A DNA stretch of 64,000 bases from the human T2T-CHM13v2.0 reference genome, Homo sapiens. Shown piece by piece: positions 1 to 14,885 of the stretch. A program made the translations under genes and the position numbers. Every line of letters starts with the position of its first letter. Positions within the stretch are counted from its first letter, which is position 1. The notes below the pieces were generated by a model, which saw only the letters and a list, made by a program, of their open reading frames with translations, made no database searches and was not told the origin of the DNA. The stretch lies in assembly GCF_009914755.1 (NCBI RefSeq), contig NC_060947.1; one strand, given 5' to 3'.

Positions 1-3000
1 TAATTTAGAAATCACCACACCAATGTATATAATATTTAATTTGGATCATTTATCTTTTCCATGATGAGTCATGAAATACAGAACTTTTAATAACAAAAGC
101 ATTAATGACTCAAGAAGGACAAGGCAGCTGTCCTGGTTCTCCATGAGTGCATGCGTAGCATTGGACTTATGTCCTCTTGAATACCAGTTGTTTCTCCAAT
201 TTAGGTACTTAGCACTGATAACTGATGGGTTATCATAGACCATTTGACTTAGACCATGGAGTTCATTCAAATTGTATATCTAAACAATTTCAGTATTGGC
301 TGATTTAGCATGAAAATCTGGCAAAGTATTTTCTTGGTATTCAATTAATTTTTGTTCTGCTTGGGTTAGCAGTTTTATAAACCAGTCAGTGTTTTCATTA
401 AAGTTCCAGGAATTCTTACCCAGTCCAAATGATATGATTCTAACATTACCAGAAACCTGTATTCAAGAGTGCTTTTCAGGGTCTCTTTCATCCTTTCAGG
501 AACCCTTAAAAGACATTATCTTCTAGAATTTTGCATGCTTCTGAAGTTTTCAGGAATTGCATCAGCATTAAGCAATTAACTGTGGAAATGGCTTTAAATA
601 GTCATAGTTAAAGACACAATTGACAAGGAAATTTGGTTATTTCTGTGGTCTACAATAACTTAACATAATAATCATAATTATGATTGATAGCATATACTCA
701 GACATTAGAATTTTAGAAATCCTATACAATTTTGGAACATGTATTAATATCATTCACTAAAATATAACCTGAAGAAGGTTAAACATTAACAATTATATTT
801 TATTTTGACAATGCTCCCATGCAACTCAACATGTCAAATTATCCTGTTTACCTCTGTTTTGGATGCTTCAGGGGCCTTCTGTAGCATCCCAAAGTCAGAG
901 GTCAGAAAAGACAATTTTGAAGCTGAAATTTAATTTGGGGAAGGCTGTCAAATATGTTAACATTTTAAAACACTTGATATTATAAAATAGAATTCCAGGT
1001 CACCATAAGTCATTCATTTAGCCAAAATGATGACTCAAAAATTTTAAAAGGGCAAATACCTTTATTCATTGATAAAGGGATGACTTAGCTTTCCAAACAC
1101 TCTGTCTCTTGTCTTCCCTTTCTTTTTCATGTAGTTTATTGAAAAGGCAAACAAAAATCTTTCATTATCCTTTAATATTACATGAAAATCTTGTGCAAGA
1201 CAGAAAGCCAAATTTCACTCTTGCATTAGTGTACTATTAATGTCAACCTCACTTTTTAATAAAACCTGATAGACAAATCTATCCAACTTAATCAGTTTGA
1301 CCATAAGGTGAGATTCTCATAAACCTTTCATAACCCTTTGCAAATTTTTGTTAAAGAGCAAATCAGTGCTCTAAGAAAATCCTGTTGTGCTTTTATTTCA
1401 ATGTTCCATTTACAGAAAAAACAAACAAATATATAATACACCTTTAAATTTAGCTAATATGTTCACAAACATGATTTTTTACAAGTTTTTTTTTTACATA
1501 TCTTCCACAACTTGCTCAAACCTTCAGCTTCATCCTATCTAATTTTAAACAATACTTTAATCCTCTAAACTAGGCAAAAATTTTTATTCCCATGCCTTTT
1601 TATAATCTTTTACTAAATGCACATTTCACTTTCCTCACACACCTTGCATGTAGAACTCTTTTATCAGTAGTTTCAATTACATGTTACAATGTTAACTCTG
1701 AGCAATTTTTATTTTTGGTGAAAAACCTGGTAAGTAAATGATTTTAATTATGTACTAGGTATGGAGCCTAGGGCACCAGACATAAGTGCAGATATAGTTT
1801 GACTCTTTCCAGGATAGCTAGAGGGCTTGGCTAACTCCACATGTCCCAAGGCCTTACCTAGAATCTAATGGCTTCAAAGCAGGTAAGTTGAAAATTTTTC
1901 AGTCAAAGAAGCAGATTACAGCATTAAGCAAACCTAATATTTGACCTGCCTAAATTAGACCAAATGTCTTTATTTTACTAATAATTTTTAAAACTTTTTG
2001 TTTCCAAAGCTTACTACAGTCACATGAACTAAAAGGCATTACAATTTTTATTTTTTCAGAGAAAATATTTGATATAAGCACTTATTATCTTTAAACCCAT
2101 TAATCAGAGCTCTTTTATATAAACATCATGAACACAACACATATAAATACATAGACAAACAGAAGATCCAGTAGTTGTAAAATTTTTTATTTGCCAGTTT
2201 TTAAATGTTTCTTAATTGTATTACTGGCTTTAGTGTGGAGCCCTTCAAGGAACAGGGGCAGAAAAGCATGCAGTTTCTAGGGCCCAATAAGCAGCCACAG
2301 CTGGAAGGCAAAAACAGATCCCCAAAATTAAGGGTCCCATTTTTATATCACATCCTGGATCCCCCAAAAGAGGGAAATTCTATGGAAGAAGACAGTGCAA
2401 TGCTTTCACCATGTATTTCATCGCAAAGCACCCCAGTGTCTCAGTTTATTCTGTGATAAGCCCATCCCTCAAGGGAGTCTTATCTCTCAGTGGGGGTGGG
2501 GGAATTTCCATACGTTCTAGGTGGCCAAGAGCATGCTTCTATGATCCAAACATGCAAAGAGCTGAGTACTCCCCATGACTGACATTATTGCCCCATAATG
2601 CCATTAGCTATCCCTAAAGGTATATTTCTTACCTAGTTATTACACACCAAAGTTCTCTCATAATGTGAAGTAATTTCTGATATACCCCCAAAAGTAAAAA
2701 ATGTCAGATAACCCAATTCAAAGCAGAACAGAGCCTTAGATTTTGAGAGGGATCTATCCACTTTCAATTCCTGGGGTTCCATGAGAGGAGTTTTTTTCCC
2801 CCAAAATAGCATGTGTGACTATTTTTGCCCAAGGAGTCCCAGGATGTTAGAACTTGAATACGATTTTCCCAAGAAGTCCCAGGATGTTAGAACTTGAATA
2901 TCACTTTTAATTAAGCTGACTTTTAACCATAGCACTTTTAAATAAAAATCCTTTTAAATCTCATATTACCCGAGTTTAGCCAAGCCAAACAGCCAATATT

Positions 3001-4977
3001 TCTGGCTTTTGAACTTTACCAAAGGTAACCTCCCAGGTTCTTTGCTAAAGGAAAATTCAAGAAGGGAAGCCAGAAATTGTACATGGAGAAGAGAATCAAC
3101 AAATGGTAAAGGTCACACAGATGTCAACTAGAGAGTACTCATCCCCCAGGCCAGGATTGAACCTGGGTTGCCATTGTGGAATGACAAAGCCAAGCTTTGG
3201 CAGTAGCCAAGCTTTGGCAGCTAAGCTACAGTACTGAGCACTTTCCATTGCTCTTCCCAGAAGGAATCTAGAGCAGCCAATTTTGAGCTTGCAAAGCCTT
3301 TTACCTGCTGAAGATAATTTTTAAAGCTAACTATGACATGAACCTCAAAATTCCTGTTCTCTTGATGGCAGAGACCAAGAGAAAGTACTGCTACATGGTT
3401 ACAAGGTCAAGTTCCCAAGGACATAACAAAAGACAAGATGAAAACCTCATCCCATTTTGTTTGTTTGTTACTGATCAGCTTGCTGGGTCATCTTGAACAG
3501 CAAGCTTATGGGGGCCTAGGCCTACATTCTATCTTATGGTACATTTTTTATGACAGAACAATGCAGAAAGACAAATTCACAGGACAAATTACACCAGATT
3601 TGCTACAGTTTAATATTAGCCTCACGAATCCTTTTTCTCATTAATTAAAACTTTGGAAGAGATAGTAATTTTTGCAGTTCTTACAACTGGCTTGCACAGA
3701 GAGGAGAGAGAGGAAAGGGAAAGGAGAAACGCATTGCCTGCAACAGGGTGCGGAAGGCAAGGAGTTCAGAAAGGCCAAAGAAAGACCCACCGATTGCAAC
3801 AACACTGAATCAATAGTTGAGGCAGCCCCTTGTCAGTCACAACAATTCATCTTTTCCAGCAGTCCCATCAGCTCTCAAGTTTCCCTCGTAGGGAGAAAAA
3901 GGTTTCCCATGTCCAGTGATCTAGTACCTGCCTAACCCTGTTACCCATACCCATCAGCAAAGAGTGCAAGGTAGATTATTCCAAAGAGAATAGCAGTTAA
4001 CTTCCTATAGTGCCATATCCATTTTTAAGCAAGAGGGACTTTACTGAGGAGAGGGCCTCTAGCTCAATTCCATCCTTTACACAGGTAAAATGTACCCCAC
4101 AACTTACTCAAAGTTGGCCAATTGGTGCTACTGTCTATTACCTTTGGATCAGGATCATAACTAAGCCAAAGCTCAGCAGATTTAATTATTTTAATCAATT
4201 AGTCACTTAAAGTTTTTATTTGCCTTTCATAAAGTCTTTAAATAAAAATATTGAATTTTTTAGAAGCTTTGCATATTAATAGGCATCCCTAGATGAGACT
4301 AATTTGGGAGCCCTCATTTTTAAATGCTCTTCAGTGCAGTGTTGTTCATTTTGAATATTCCACTGTAAGTTATCTTGAGTAAGATTTCACCATTTCTTTA
4401 AGACTTTGCTGCTTCCAGGGTCCAACACTTATGCGTGTATAAGCTGGAAGAAATTTAGTTCTTCAGAAATTAAAAATACTATTTTTATTTCAAATATTGA
4501 CTTTGCTGTCAGGTCCTCTTGATCACCTTAGCCAATGATTTTTTCCTACCTAAGCACACAAGAAAAATGAAACAAAGTGGTAGAACACAAAAATCCCTGC
4601 AAATTTTCAATAGCAAAATTTTATACCCGCTGCAATATGGTCATTTACTATCCATTTGTTTCAGATGCAGTCAGATGTAAGAGACCTCTTACTTAATCCA
4701 AGACAGTTAATTACCAGATACAATCCAATCCTGAACCCAGTCCAGTTTCTGTTGTTCACTTCCAAACCCAGTTTGGATCACTAATTCGCTCAAAGAAACT
4801 TGGAGAGTTCAGAAAAGAAATCTATGGAGCTTCAGAATCTGAGAGAGAAGTTACCATGATCCCCAGCTGCTTCAAGAGATCAATGGACACAATGGGTCTG
4901 GTGGTTTCTCAGTCAGTCATTCAGAGCTCCTGGGGGTCACTAGAAGCTATACTTTGGATCCCACTTCTGACACCAAC
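1..4977 (-). mobile_element. ERV1 (MER4-group, MER57-int-like) internal region, non-coding, continues beyond the left edge
   Basis: Directly abuts a PBS and LTR at 4958-5363. AT-rich, no long ORFs, resembles recalled MER4-group internal sequence. Confidence 0.8.
4958..4975 (-). other. Retroviral primer-binding site complementary to the tRNA-Leu(CAA) 3' end
   Basis: Plus strand atcccacttctgacacca matches the recalled last 18 nt (including CCA) of tRNA-Leu(CAA). Minus strand TGGTGTCAGAAGTGGGAT lies 2 nt after the LTR terminal CA. Confidence 0.85.
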
Positions 4978-5363
4978 TGATAAAAGAAAAACTTCAGCCA
5001 AATTAAATTTAAAATAGTTTAGTTGAGCAATGAGTGATTCATCAATCCGGCAGCCTCCTGGAGCTCTGTGACTCCAGCACAGCCACATGTTGGAATATTT
5101 ATGGACAGAAAAAGGAAAGTGACATAAAGAAAATAGAAGCAAGATACAGAAACAGCTGGATTGGTTGCAGGTTGGCGTTTGCCTTATTTGAACACAGTTT
5201 GAACAGTTGGCTACATTTGATTGGCTAAAACTCAGTGAATGGCACAGCGTAGGGTACAGTCTGTTTATACTTTCACTTGTTATAGTTCACGATGCATAGC
5301 GAAACCTTTAGGCTGAACTTAAAATAGGTAAGGAGGCAGCTTTAAGCTAAAGTTGATTTAGCA
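4978..5363 (-). mobile_element. 5' LTR, MER57 family (ERV1)
   Basis: Minus strand starts TGCTAAATCAACTTTAGCTTAAAGCTGCCTCC, ends CA, carries CCAAT boxes and is followed by a PBS. Matches the recalled MER57 start. Confidence 0.75.
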
Positions 5364-5811
5364 TATCTTTACACTAAGGGAAAACCGGACAAAGATTTTC
5401 TTGCTTACATCACAGAATTGAGGTCACAGGGCAAATCACAACTTCCAAATATGGAGAGACAGGTGAATTTAGAGAGTCAGAGCCAACATCTGTTTACCTA
5501 GAACAAAAGCCATTGGAGCCATAAACTGGTAGAATCACTTAAATGTTAATTCTTATGATTAGCTAGAAGCTGATTATGCACTAGTATAAGAGTGATAAAT
5601 TTCTTGAACATTTTTGGGTTTGACTTCCAGGAACCCCACCAGGTTCTCATGGTAAATAAGTGAGAAATAATACCTTTTGGCTCCGGCAGTGGGAGGGAAA
5701 AAGTTTTTCTTTTGAGGTATACCCAGACCTTCTCCATAACAGAGGATTGGGCCTCCAGGAGAAATGGTTTGATCAGAATGTTATCTAAGAGCCATAAAGA
5801 AAATGTATACT

Positions 5812-7538
<1,727 letters not shown>

Positions 7539-7814
7539 CTACTTATCACAGTCTCCTCAGTTCTTCCTATCTTACCTACTCAGAAGGAAATAAAAAAAGC
7601 TGTAGAAGAAACAGTTGTGAAGGTCAAAGCCAGAGACACAGGACCACTAAAAGACTTAAAATTTAATTAAAAGGAAATAGAATGCTTTCCATCTCCCACC
7701 CCTACTCATCTCTGCAACAGGTCTCCGATATCTTAGCGGATTATATCTGAAAGAGCTGGAAGACACAGACTCTTTCTGAGGAGGAATAATTTTAAAAAAT
7801 TCAATATCAAGAGA

Positions 7815-10065
7815 TGTCTCAGTCCATTTTAATGCTGCTGATAAAGACATGCTCAAGACTGGGAAGAAAGAGAGGTTTAATTGGACTTACAGTTCCACAT
7901 GCTGGGGAGGCCTCAGAATCATGATGGGAGGCAAAAGGCACTTCTTACATGGCAGCAGCAAGAGAAAATGGAAAAGAAACAAAAGAAGAAACCCCTGAAA
8001 AACCCATTAGGTCGTGTGAGACTTATTCACTACCACGGGAATAGCACAGGAAAGACCAGCCCCCATGATTCAATTACCTCCCCTGGGTCCCTTCCACAAC
8101 AAGTAGTAATTCTGGGAGATACAACTCAAGTTGATATTTGGGTGGGGACACAGCCAAACCATATTATTCCACCCTGGTCCCCCAAATCTCATGTGCTGAC
8201 ATTTCAAAACAATTATGCCTTCCCAACAGTCCCCCAAAGTCTTAAATCATTTCGACATTAACCCAGAAGTACACAGTTCAAAGTTTCATCTGAGACAAGG
8301 CAAGTCCCTTCCACCTGTGAGCCTGTAAAATCAAAAGCAAGCTAGTTACTTCCTAGATACAATGGGAGTACAGGTGTTGGGTAAATACAGCTGTTCCAAA
8401 TGGGAGAAATTGGCCAAAACAAAAGGGTTACAGGGCCCATGCAAGTCCAAAATTCAGTGTGGCAGTCAAATTTTAAAGCTTCAAAATGATCTCCTTTGAC
8501 TCCTGATCTCACATTCAGGTCACACCGATGCAAAAGGTGGGTTCCATGGTCTTGGGCAGTTCCGCGCCTGTAGCTTTGCAGGGTACAGCCTCCCTCACAG
8601 CTGCTTTCATGGGCTGGTGCTGAGTGTCTGCAGCTTTTCCAGGTGCTCAGTGCAAGCCATTGATGGATCTACCATTCTGGGGTCTGGAGGACAGTGGCCC
8701 TCTTCTCACAGCTCCACTAGGCAGTGCCCCAGTAGGGACTCTTTGTGGGGGCTCCCAACACATTTTGCTTCTGCACTGCCCTAGCAGAGGTTCTCCATGA
8801 GGGCCCTGCCCCTGTGGCAAACTTTTGCCTGGGCACCCGGCCATTTCTATACGTCTTCTGAAATCTAGGCGAAGGTTCCCAAACCTCAATACTTGACTTC
8901 TGTGCACCTGCAGGCTCAACTCCACGTGGAATCTGCCAAGGCTTGGGCTTTCACCCTCTGAAACCACAGCCCAAGCTGTATGTTGGCCCCTTTAAGCCAT
9001 GGCTGGAGCAGCTGGAAAAAAGGGCAGAGGGACCCTGGGTCTGGCCCATGAAACCACTTTTTTCTCCTGGTCCTCTGGGCCTCTGATCGGAGGGGCTGCC
9101 ATAAAGGTCTCTTACATAGCCTTCAGACATTTTACCCATGATCTTGGGAATGAACATTGGGCTCCTTGCTCCTTATGCAAATTTCTACAGCCGGCTGGAA
9201 TTTCTCTCCAGAAAATGGGTTTTTATTTTCTATCACATAGTAGGCTGCAAATTTTCCAAACTTTTATGTTCTGCTTCCCTTAAACTGAATGCCTTTAACA
9301 ACACCCAAGTCACCTCTTGAGTTTCTAAGCTTTGCTGCTTGTAAATTTTTTCTGCCACATACCCTAAATCATCTCTCTCAAGTTCAACATCCCACAAATC
9401 TCTAGGGCAGGGGCAAAGTGCTGCCAGTGTCTTTGCTAAAACATTACAAGAGTCACCTTTGCTCCAGTTCCCAACAAGTTCCTCATCTTCATCTGAGACA
9501 CCCTCAGCCTGGATTTTATTGTCCATATCGCTATTAGCATTTTGGGCAAAGCCATTCAGCAAGTCTCTAGGAAGTTCCACACTTTCCCACATTTTTCTGT
9601 CTTCTTCTGAGCCCTTCAAACTGTTCCAATCTCTGCCTGTTACCCAGCTCCAAAGTCACTTCCACATTTTCAGGTATCTTTTCACCAACACCCCACTCTA
9701 CTGGTACCAGGTTACAGTATTAGTCCTTTTTTCATGCTGCTGATAAAGACATGCCTGAGACTGGGAGAAAAAGAGGTTTAATTGGACTTACAGTTCCACA
9801 TGGCTGGGGAGACCTCAGTATCATGGCAGGAGGTGAAAGGCACTTTCATGGTGGTGGCAAGAGAAAATGAGGAAGAAGGAAAGTAGAAACTCCTGATAAA
9901 CTCATCAGATCTCATTAGACCTATTCACTATCATGAGACTAGCATGGGAAAGATTGGCCCCCAAGATTCGATTACCTCCTCCTGGGTTTCTCTCACAAAA
10001 CTTGGGAATTCTGTGAGATGCAATTTAATTTGAGATTTGGGTGGGGACACAGCCAAACTATTTCA
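7815..10065 (-). mobile_element. Full-length THE1A MaLR provirus (3' LTR 7815-8166, internal 8167-9715, 5' LTR 9716-10065)
   Basis: Two ~350-bp direct LTRs matching recalled THE1A, polypurine tract next to 8167, MaLR ORF remnant 9233..9619, TSD agaga/agagg. Confidence 0.9.
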
Positions 10066-10556
10066 AGAGGGAAGACAAAAGTAAGGATGCTAGAGGAATT
10101 TGAAGCCTCTGCAACCTACAGCTACAACAAATATTTAAGAAAGGCTGATTTCTAGCCATATTAACATGTATTCTCACACTAGATGCCTATTTATTTTACT
10201 TTCTATTATCTAATACAATATGTCTGGCTTTGAACAAAAAGTTATTAGGCACATTGAAAGATGAGAAAAAAAACCACAGGCTGAAGGGACAAAGCAAGCA
10301 TTAGAACAAGATCCAGTTATGACACAGATGTTGGAAATACCAGATAAAATTTAAAATGGCTATGATCAATAAGTTAAGTCCTTTAATGAAAAAACAGACA
10401 ATATGTAAGAACAGATAGGTAATGTAAGCAGAGACATAGAAATTCTAACAAAAATAAATAAAAAGGAAATTCTGAAAAATTAAATACCATAGAAATAAAT
10501 AATATTTTTGATGCACTTATTAGTATTGGAGGGAACAAACATCCAAACCATATCAC

Positions 10557-11590
10557 CATCTGACAAGTGATTAATAACCAGAATATATAAGAAGCTCAAC
10601 CAACTCAGTAGCAAAACAAAACAAAACAAAAAACACAATCTGATTAAAAATTGGGCAAAATATGTAAGTAGAAATTTTTCAAAAAAATGACATTCAAATG
10701 GCCAACAGGTATATTAAAAAATGGTCAACATCACTAATAATCAGAGAGATGCAAATCATACAATAACTTTTATTCAAAAATTTGAGATAACGAATGCCGG
10801 CAAGGATGTCGACAAAGGGAAGCCCTCATACACGGTTGGTGGGAATGTAAATTAATTCAGATGCTATGGAAAACTGTATGCAGGTTCCTCAAAAACTAAA
10901 AGTGGAACTACCGTATGATCCAGCAATTCCATTACTGAGCATATATCCAAAAAGAGGAAATTAATGTATTGAAGAGATATATATCTACACTCTTGTGTTT
11001 ATTGCAGTGCTGTTCACTGTATCTACAATATGGAATCAACATAAATGTCAATCGATGGATGAATGGATATAAAAAACTTGGTATATATGCGCAATGGAGT
11101 ATTCAGCTCTTGAAAGAATGAAATCCTGCCATTTGCAGCAACTGGAATGAAACTGGAGGTCATTAAGTTAAGTGAAGTAACTCAAGCACAGAAAGACAAA
11201 TATTGCATGTTCTCACTCATATATGGGAGCCACAAAAGTAGATCTCATGAAAATAGAGGGCAGATTGCTGGTTACCAGAGTCTGGGAAGGTCTCAGGGGT
11301 GATGAACAGAGGTTGATTAATAGGTACAAAAATACAGTTTGATAGAAGATATAAGACCTAGTGTTTGATATATGAGTAGGATTACTATAGTTTACAATTA
11401 TCTATTGTATATTTCAAAATAATTAGAGAAAAGATAATTTGAATGTAGCATGAACAAAATACAAATATTTAAGTCATTGCATATCCCAGTTATACTGATC
11501 TTACAGATTATATGAATGTATTAAATAATTACATATACCCCCAAAATGTGTATATCTATTATGCATCAATAAAAAATAAAACTATAAAAA
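10557..11590 (+). mobile_element. L1MA (about L1MA5) ORF2 end and 3' UTR
   Basis: Degenerate ORF2 C-terminal DNA, L1MA-type 3' UTR and A-rich tail. Confidence 0.75.
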
Positions 11591-13050
11591 ACAGTGATAA
11601 TTCGCATTGATAGTATGCGCCTCTGTTATGATATGATGGTCATAGTAATTTACCTCTGTAGTTTTCCTACCAAAAACACATAACCCCATTCTAATAAAAA
11701 AAGTAGATGAATCCCAATTGATGAATATTGTCCAAAATACCCGACTGTTCCTCAAAACTGTCAGGGTCCTCGAAAACAAGGAAAATCTGAGACACTATTG
11801 CAGCCAAGAGGAGCTTAATGTGACACGATAACTAAATGTAATGTGATATCTTGGATGGGATCCTTGAACAGAAAAAGGGCATTAGATAAAAACCAAGGGA
11901 ATCTGAATAAAGGTTGGGTTTTGGTTAATAAATGTGTTCAATTGATTAATTAATTGTAACAAATGTACCATTCTAATGTAAGATGATAGTAATAGGAGAA
12001 TCTGGGTGTGGAAGATATAGTAGCTCTCTGAACAAACCTTGCCATAATTCTCTAAATCTACAACTATTACAAAATAAAGTTTATTTTTTAAAAAAAATCT
12101 GTCCCCAGGAACTAAGAAAAGAATCTCTATGGATATAAGAACAGACACTTTTAGAAACTCAGAATGACAACAATCTTGTCACTAAATGCATTTTACATTG
12201 GTTTGCCATAGATTTGAAGAAGTCTGGAGTAATGCCTTAGGACAAGTAATAGCAATCACAGATGTTCATAAAGTTGTTGATATTTCCCCAATTCACTAAC
12301 CACTATTGGCAGGTGCCAATGTAATCTGGCAGTTGCCAACACCAGAAGGTGCCATATCCCATGAGTAAAAATAATAAGTTCTTATTCTCTAACAAATAAA
12401 ACTAGATCATCTTCATTAAATGAGTTGGTAATTTTCTTATTTTCTTTATATTAGGAGCAATAGATTTTATCATGTGGAAAGTGATTTTTAGGCTGCCTTT
12501 CTTTATCTGGAACCTCAGTCAACAGTGCAAGGCTTTGTGGAACAGGAAATGAGAGTAGACATTTATTTTTATATATAAATCATTTATATAACCATTTTTT
12601 GTTTTATGTAGGGTTCTTTGAGGGACCTTTGTCAGGTTTGTGTGGCTAAGAGGATAATGAATCCCTTTTTCCCTTATGTGTATACTTTGCTACAGAAAGA
12701 GGACGTGGTATAAGAGATAAAAGTTCAAGGACAAATAATGATTTGAGGAAATTCTTATAGTTAAGCTTCAACTTGCCTGCCTTTTCTTTTTAAAAAGAAA
12801 ACTTCTAGGGAAGGGCTAATACTGATAATATTTGTTTGTATTGTCCTTTTCCTTTCATAGAATTAAAAGTAATCTTTCACAGGCTGTAAAATTGTGCAGC
12901 TTTCAGTATAATAAAATCATTGTCTTCCAGAGAGCCTTTGATGTTCTCTTATTTGTATTTCCAGGATCTAAGTGTGTTACTTTTATAGTACATGGCAGCT
13001 TTTTATTAAATATTATTATATGCTAAAAGTAAATATAGCATTATTACTCT

Positions 13051-13449
13051 TGCTATGGTGTGAATGGATCCCCCAAAAGTTCATGTGTTGGAAACTGGAT
13101 TGCCAATGTAGCACTATTAGGAGCGTGAGTATTTGGGAGATGATTGAGTCATGAGAGTGAAGCCCTCATGAATACATTAACACCATCACGAAGGCAGTGA
13201 ATTAATTCTCACAAGAGGGGGTTGTTATGAAAGCAAGCTCAGCTCCCTCTTGCGGTCTCTTTCACATGCCCTCACTTGCCCCTCTGTTTTTCCGTTATGT
13301 TATGCAATTTAAAAGCCCTCATGAAAAGCTGCTGCCATTCACATAGAAGTTCTAGCCTCCAGAAAACCATAAGCCAAGAAAACTTCTATTGCTTCTAATT
13401 TACCCAGTCTGGGATATCCTGTTATAATAATGGATAATGGACTAAGACA
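13051..13449 (+). mobile_element. Solo MaLR LTR (MSTC/MSTD-like)
   Basis: Termini tgctatgg...ggactaagaca; TSD actct/attct. Confidence 0.8.
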
Positions 13450-13519
13450 ATTCTACATTTTTTTAATTTTTATTTTTAGAGTGAGAAATGTATTTAATAG
13501 CTATTCAATTAATTTATTT

Positions 13520-14279
13520 TTTAAACTTTTAAAAAAATATATATTTAGGTGATTCAAGTACAGGTTTCTTACATGCATGTATTGCATAGTGGTGAAGTCT
13601 GGGTCTGAAGTGTACCCATCCCTTGAATAGTAAACATTGTACCCAATGGGTAATTTTTCAGTCTTCACCCTCCTCCTACCCTCCCATCTTTTGTACTTTC
13701 CAATGTCTATTCCACTCTGTATAGCCACGTGTACTTATTGTTTAGCTCCCACTTATAAATGAGAACATGCAGTCTTAGGCTTTCTGTTTCTGAGTTAATT
13801 CACTGAGGATAATGGCCTCTAGTTCCATCCATGTTGCTGCAAAATACATGATTTCATTCTTTTTCATGGCTGAGTAATATTCCTTAGTATATATATATTA
13901 TATATATACATACATATATATATACATATTATATATATACATACATATATATACATATTATATATATACATACATATATATACATATTATATATATACAT
14001 ACATATATACATATTATATATATACATACATATATATACATATTATATATATACATACATATATATACATATTATATATATACATACATATATATATACA
14101 CATATATATATATGCCACATTTTCTTTATCTAATCCTCTATTGATGGACATTTAGGTTGGTTCTACATCTTTGCTTTTGTGAATAGCACTGTGGTAAACA
14201 TACGACTACTGGTATCTTTTTTATATAATGATTTCTTTCCCTTTGGGTATATACCCAATTGTGGGATTGCTGGGTTGAA
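13520..14279 (-). mobile_element. L1 3' end (L1PB4/L1MA1-like), 5'-truncated
   Basis: Antisense L1 3' UTR and ORF2 end (ttagctcccacttataaatgagaacatg...). Confidence 0.8.
13888..14112. repeat. ~29-bp TA/CA minisatellite, about 7.5 copies, inside L1
   Basis: Unit tattatatatatacatacatatatataca repeated with small changes in TA number. Confidence 0.9.
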
Positions 14280-14284
14280 AGTCA

Positions 14285-14430
14285 TAAACTATGTGACTTT
14301 GCAAAATTTGCTTGACCCCCTTGTTTTTTCAGTTGTAAAATGGGACTTTCTATTTATCTGGATGTTGTGAAGGTTAAATAAGGTAAATTATGAAAAGTAC
14401 AGCACAAGAATGCTTACTAAGTGTTAGACA
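14285..14430 (+). mobile_element. MIR SINE fragment
   Basis: Core similarity: tgtgactttg...tgtaaaatggg...gttgtgaaggttaaat. Confidence 0.6.
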
Positions 14431-14729
14431 TTAAGTTCTTTAATCAACTTATTATTTTCTGAATCACATCATTGTTTCTCTGGCTCACTGAGAAATGTCT
14501 ATTCTGTCTGCAGTTCTTGTTCGCTTTCCCCCACAGATGTAGCTTGAATATACCCTAAGAATCGCCAATCAGCAATTTACGTATTTCAAGTAGGTCTGTA
14601 ATGCAATGTCACTGCTTTTGAACTGAACAGCATTAGGTGTTTCAAAATGAAAATTTCATAGCTAATCAAAAGACACCACATATATGTGATTGCTCTATCT
14701 CTTGCTCTCTCTCTCTCTCTCTCCTCTGT

Positions 14730-14885
14730 TTCTAGTCCCTGAAATCCTGGTTTCTGTTGTTCTTCTATCCATTTTTAGTTTATCTCATATCCTTCTAAAC
14801 TGTATGAGCTAAGCATATTCTCAGTTTTGATTTAACCTAGTTTGAATTTGATTCTTGTCACTTGCAATGAAATGGGTCCTGATAA
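14730..14885 (+). mobile_element. Ancient MaLR/ERVL LTR 3' fragment (MLT1J/K- or LTR33-like)
   Basis: End motif cttgtcacttgcaatgaaatgggtcctgataa. Confidence 0.4.
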
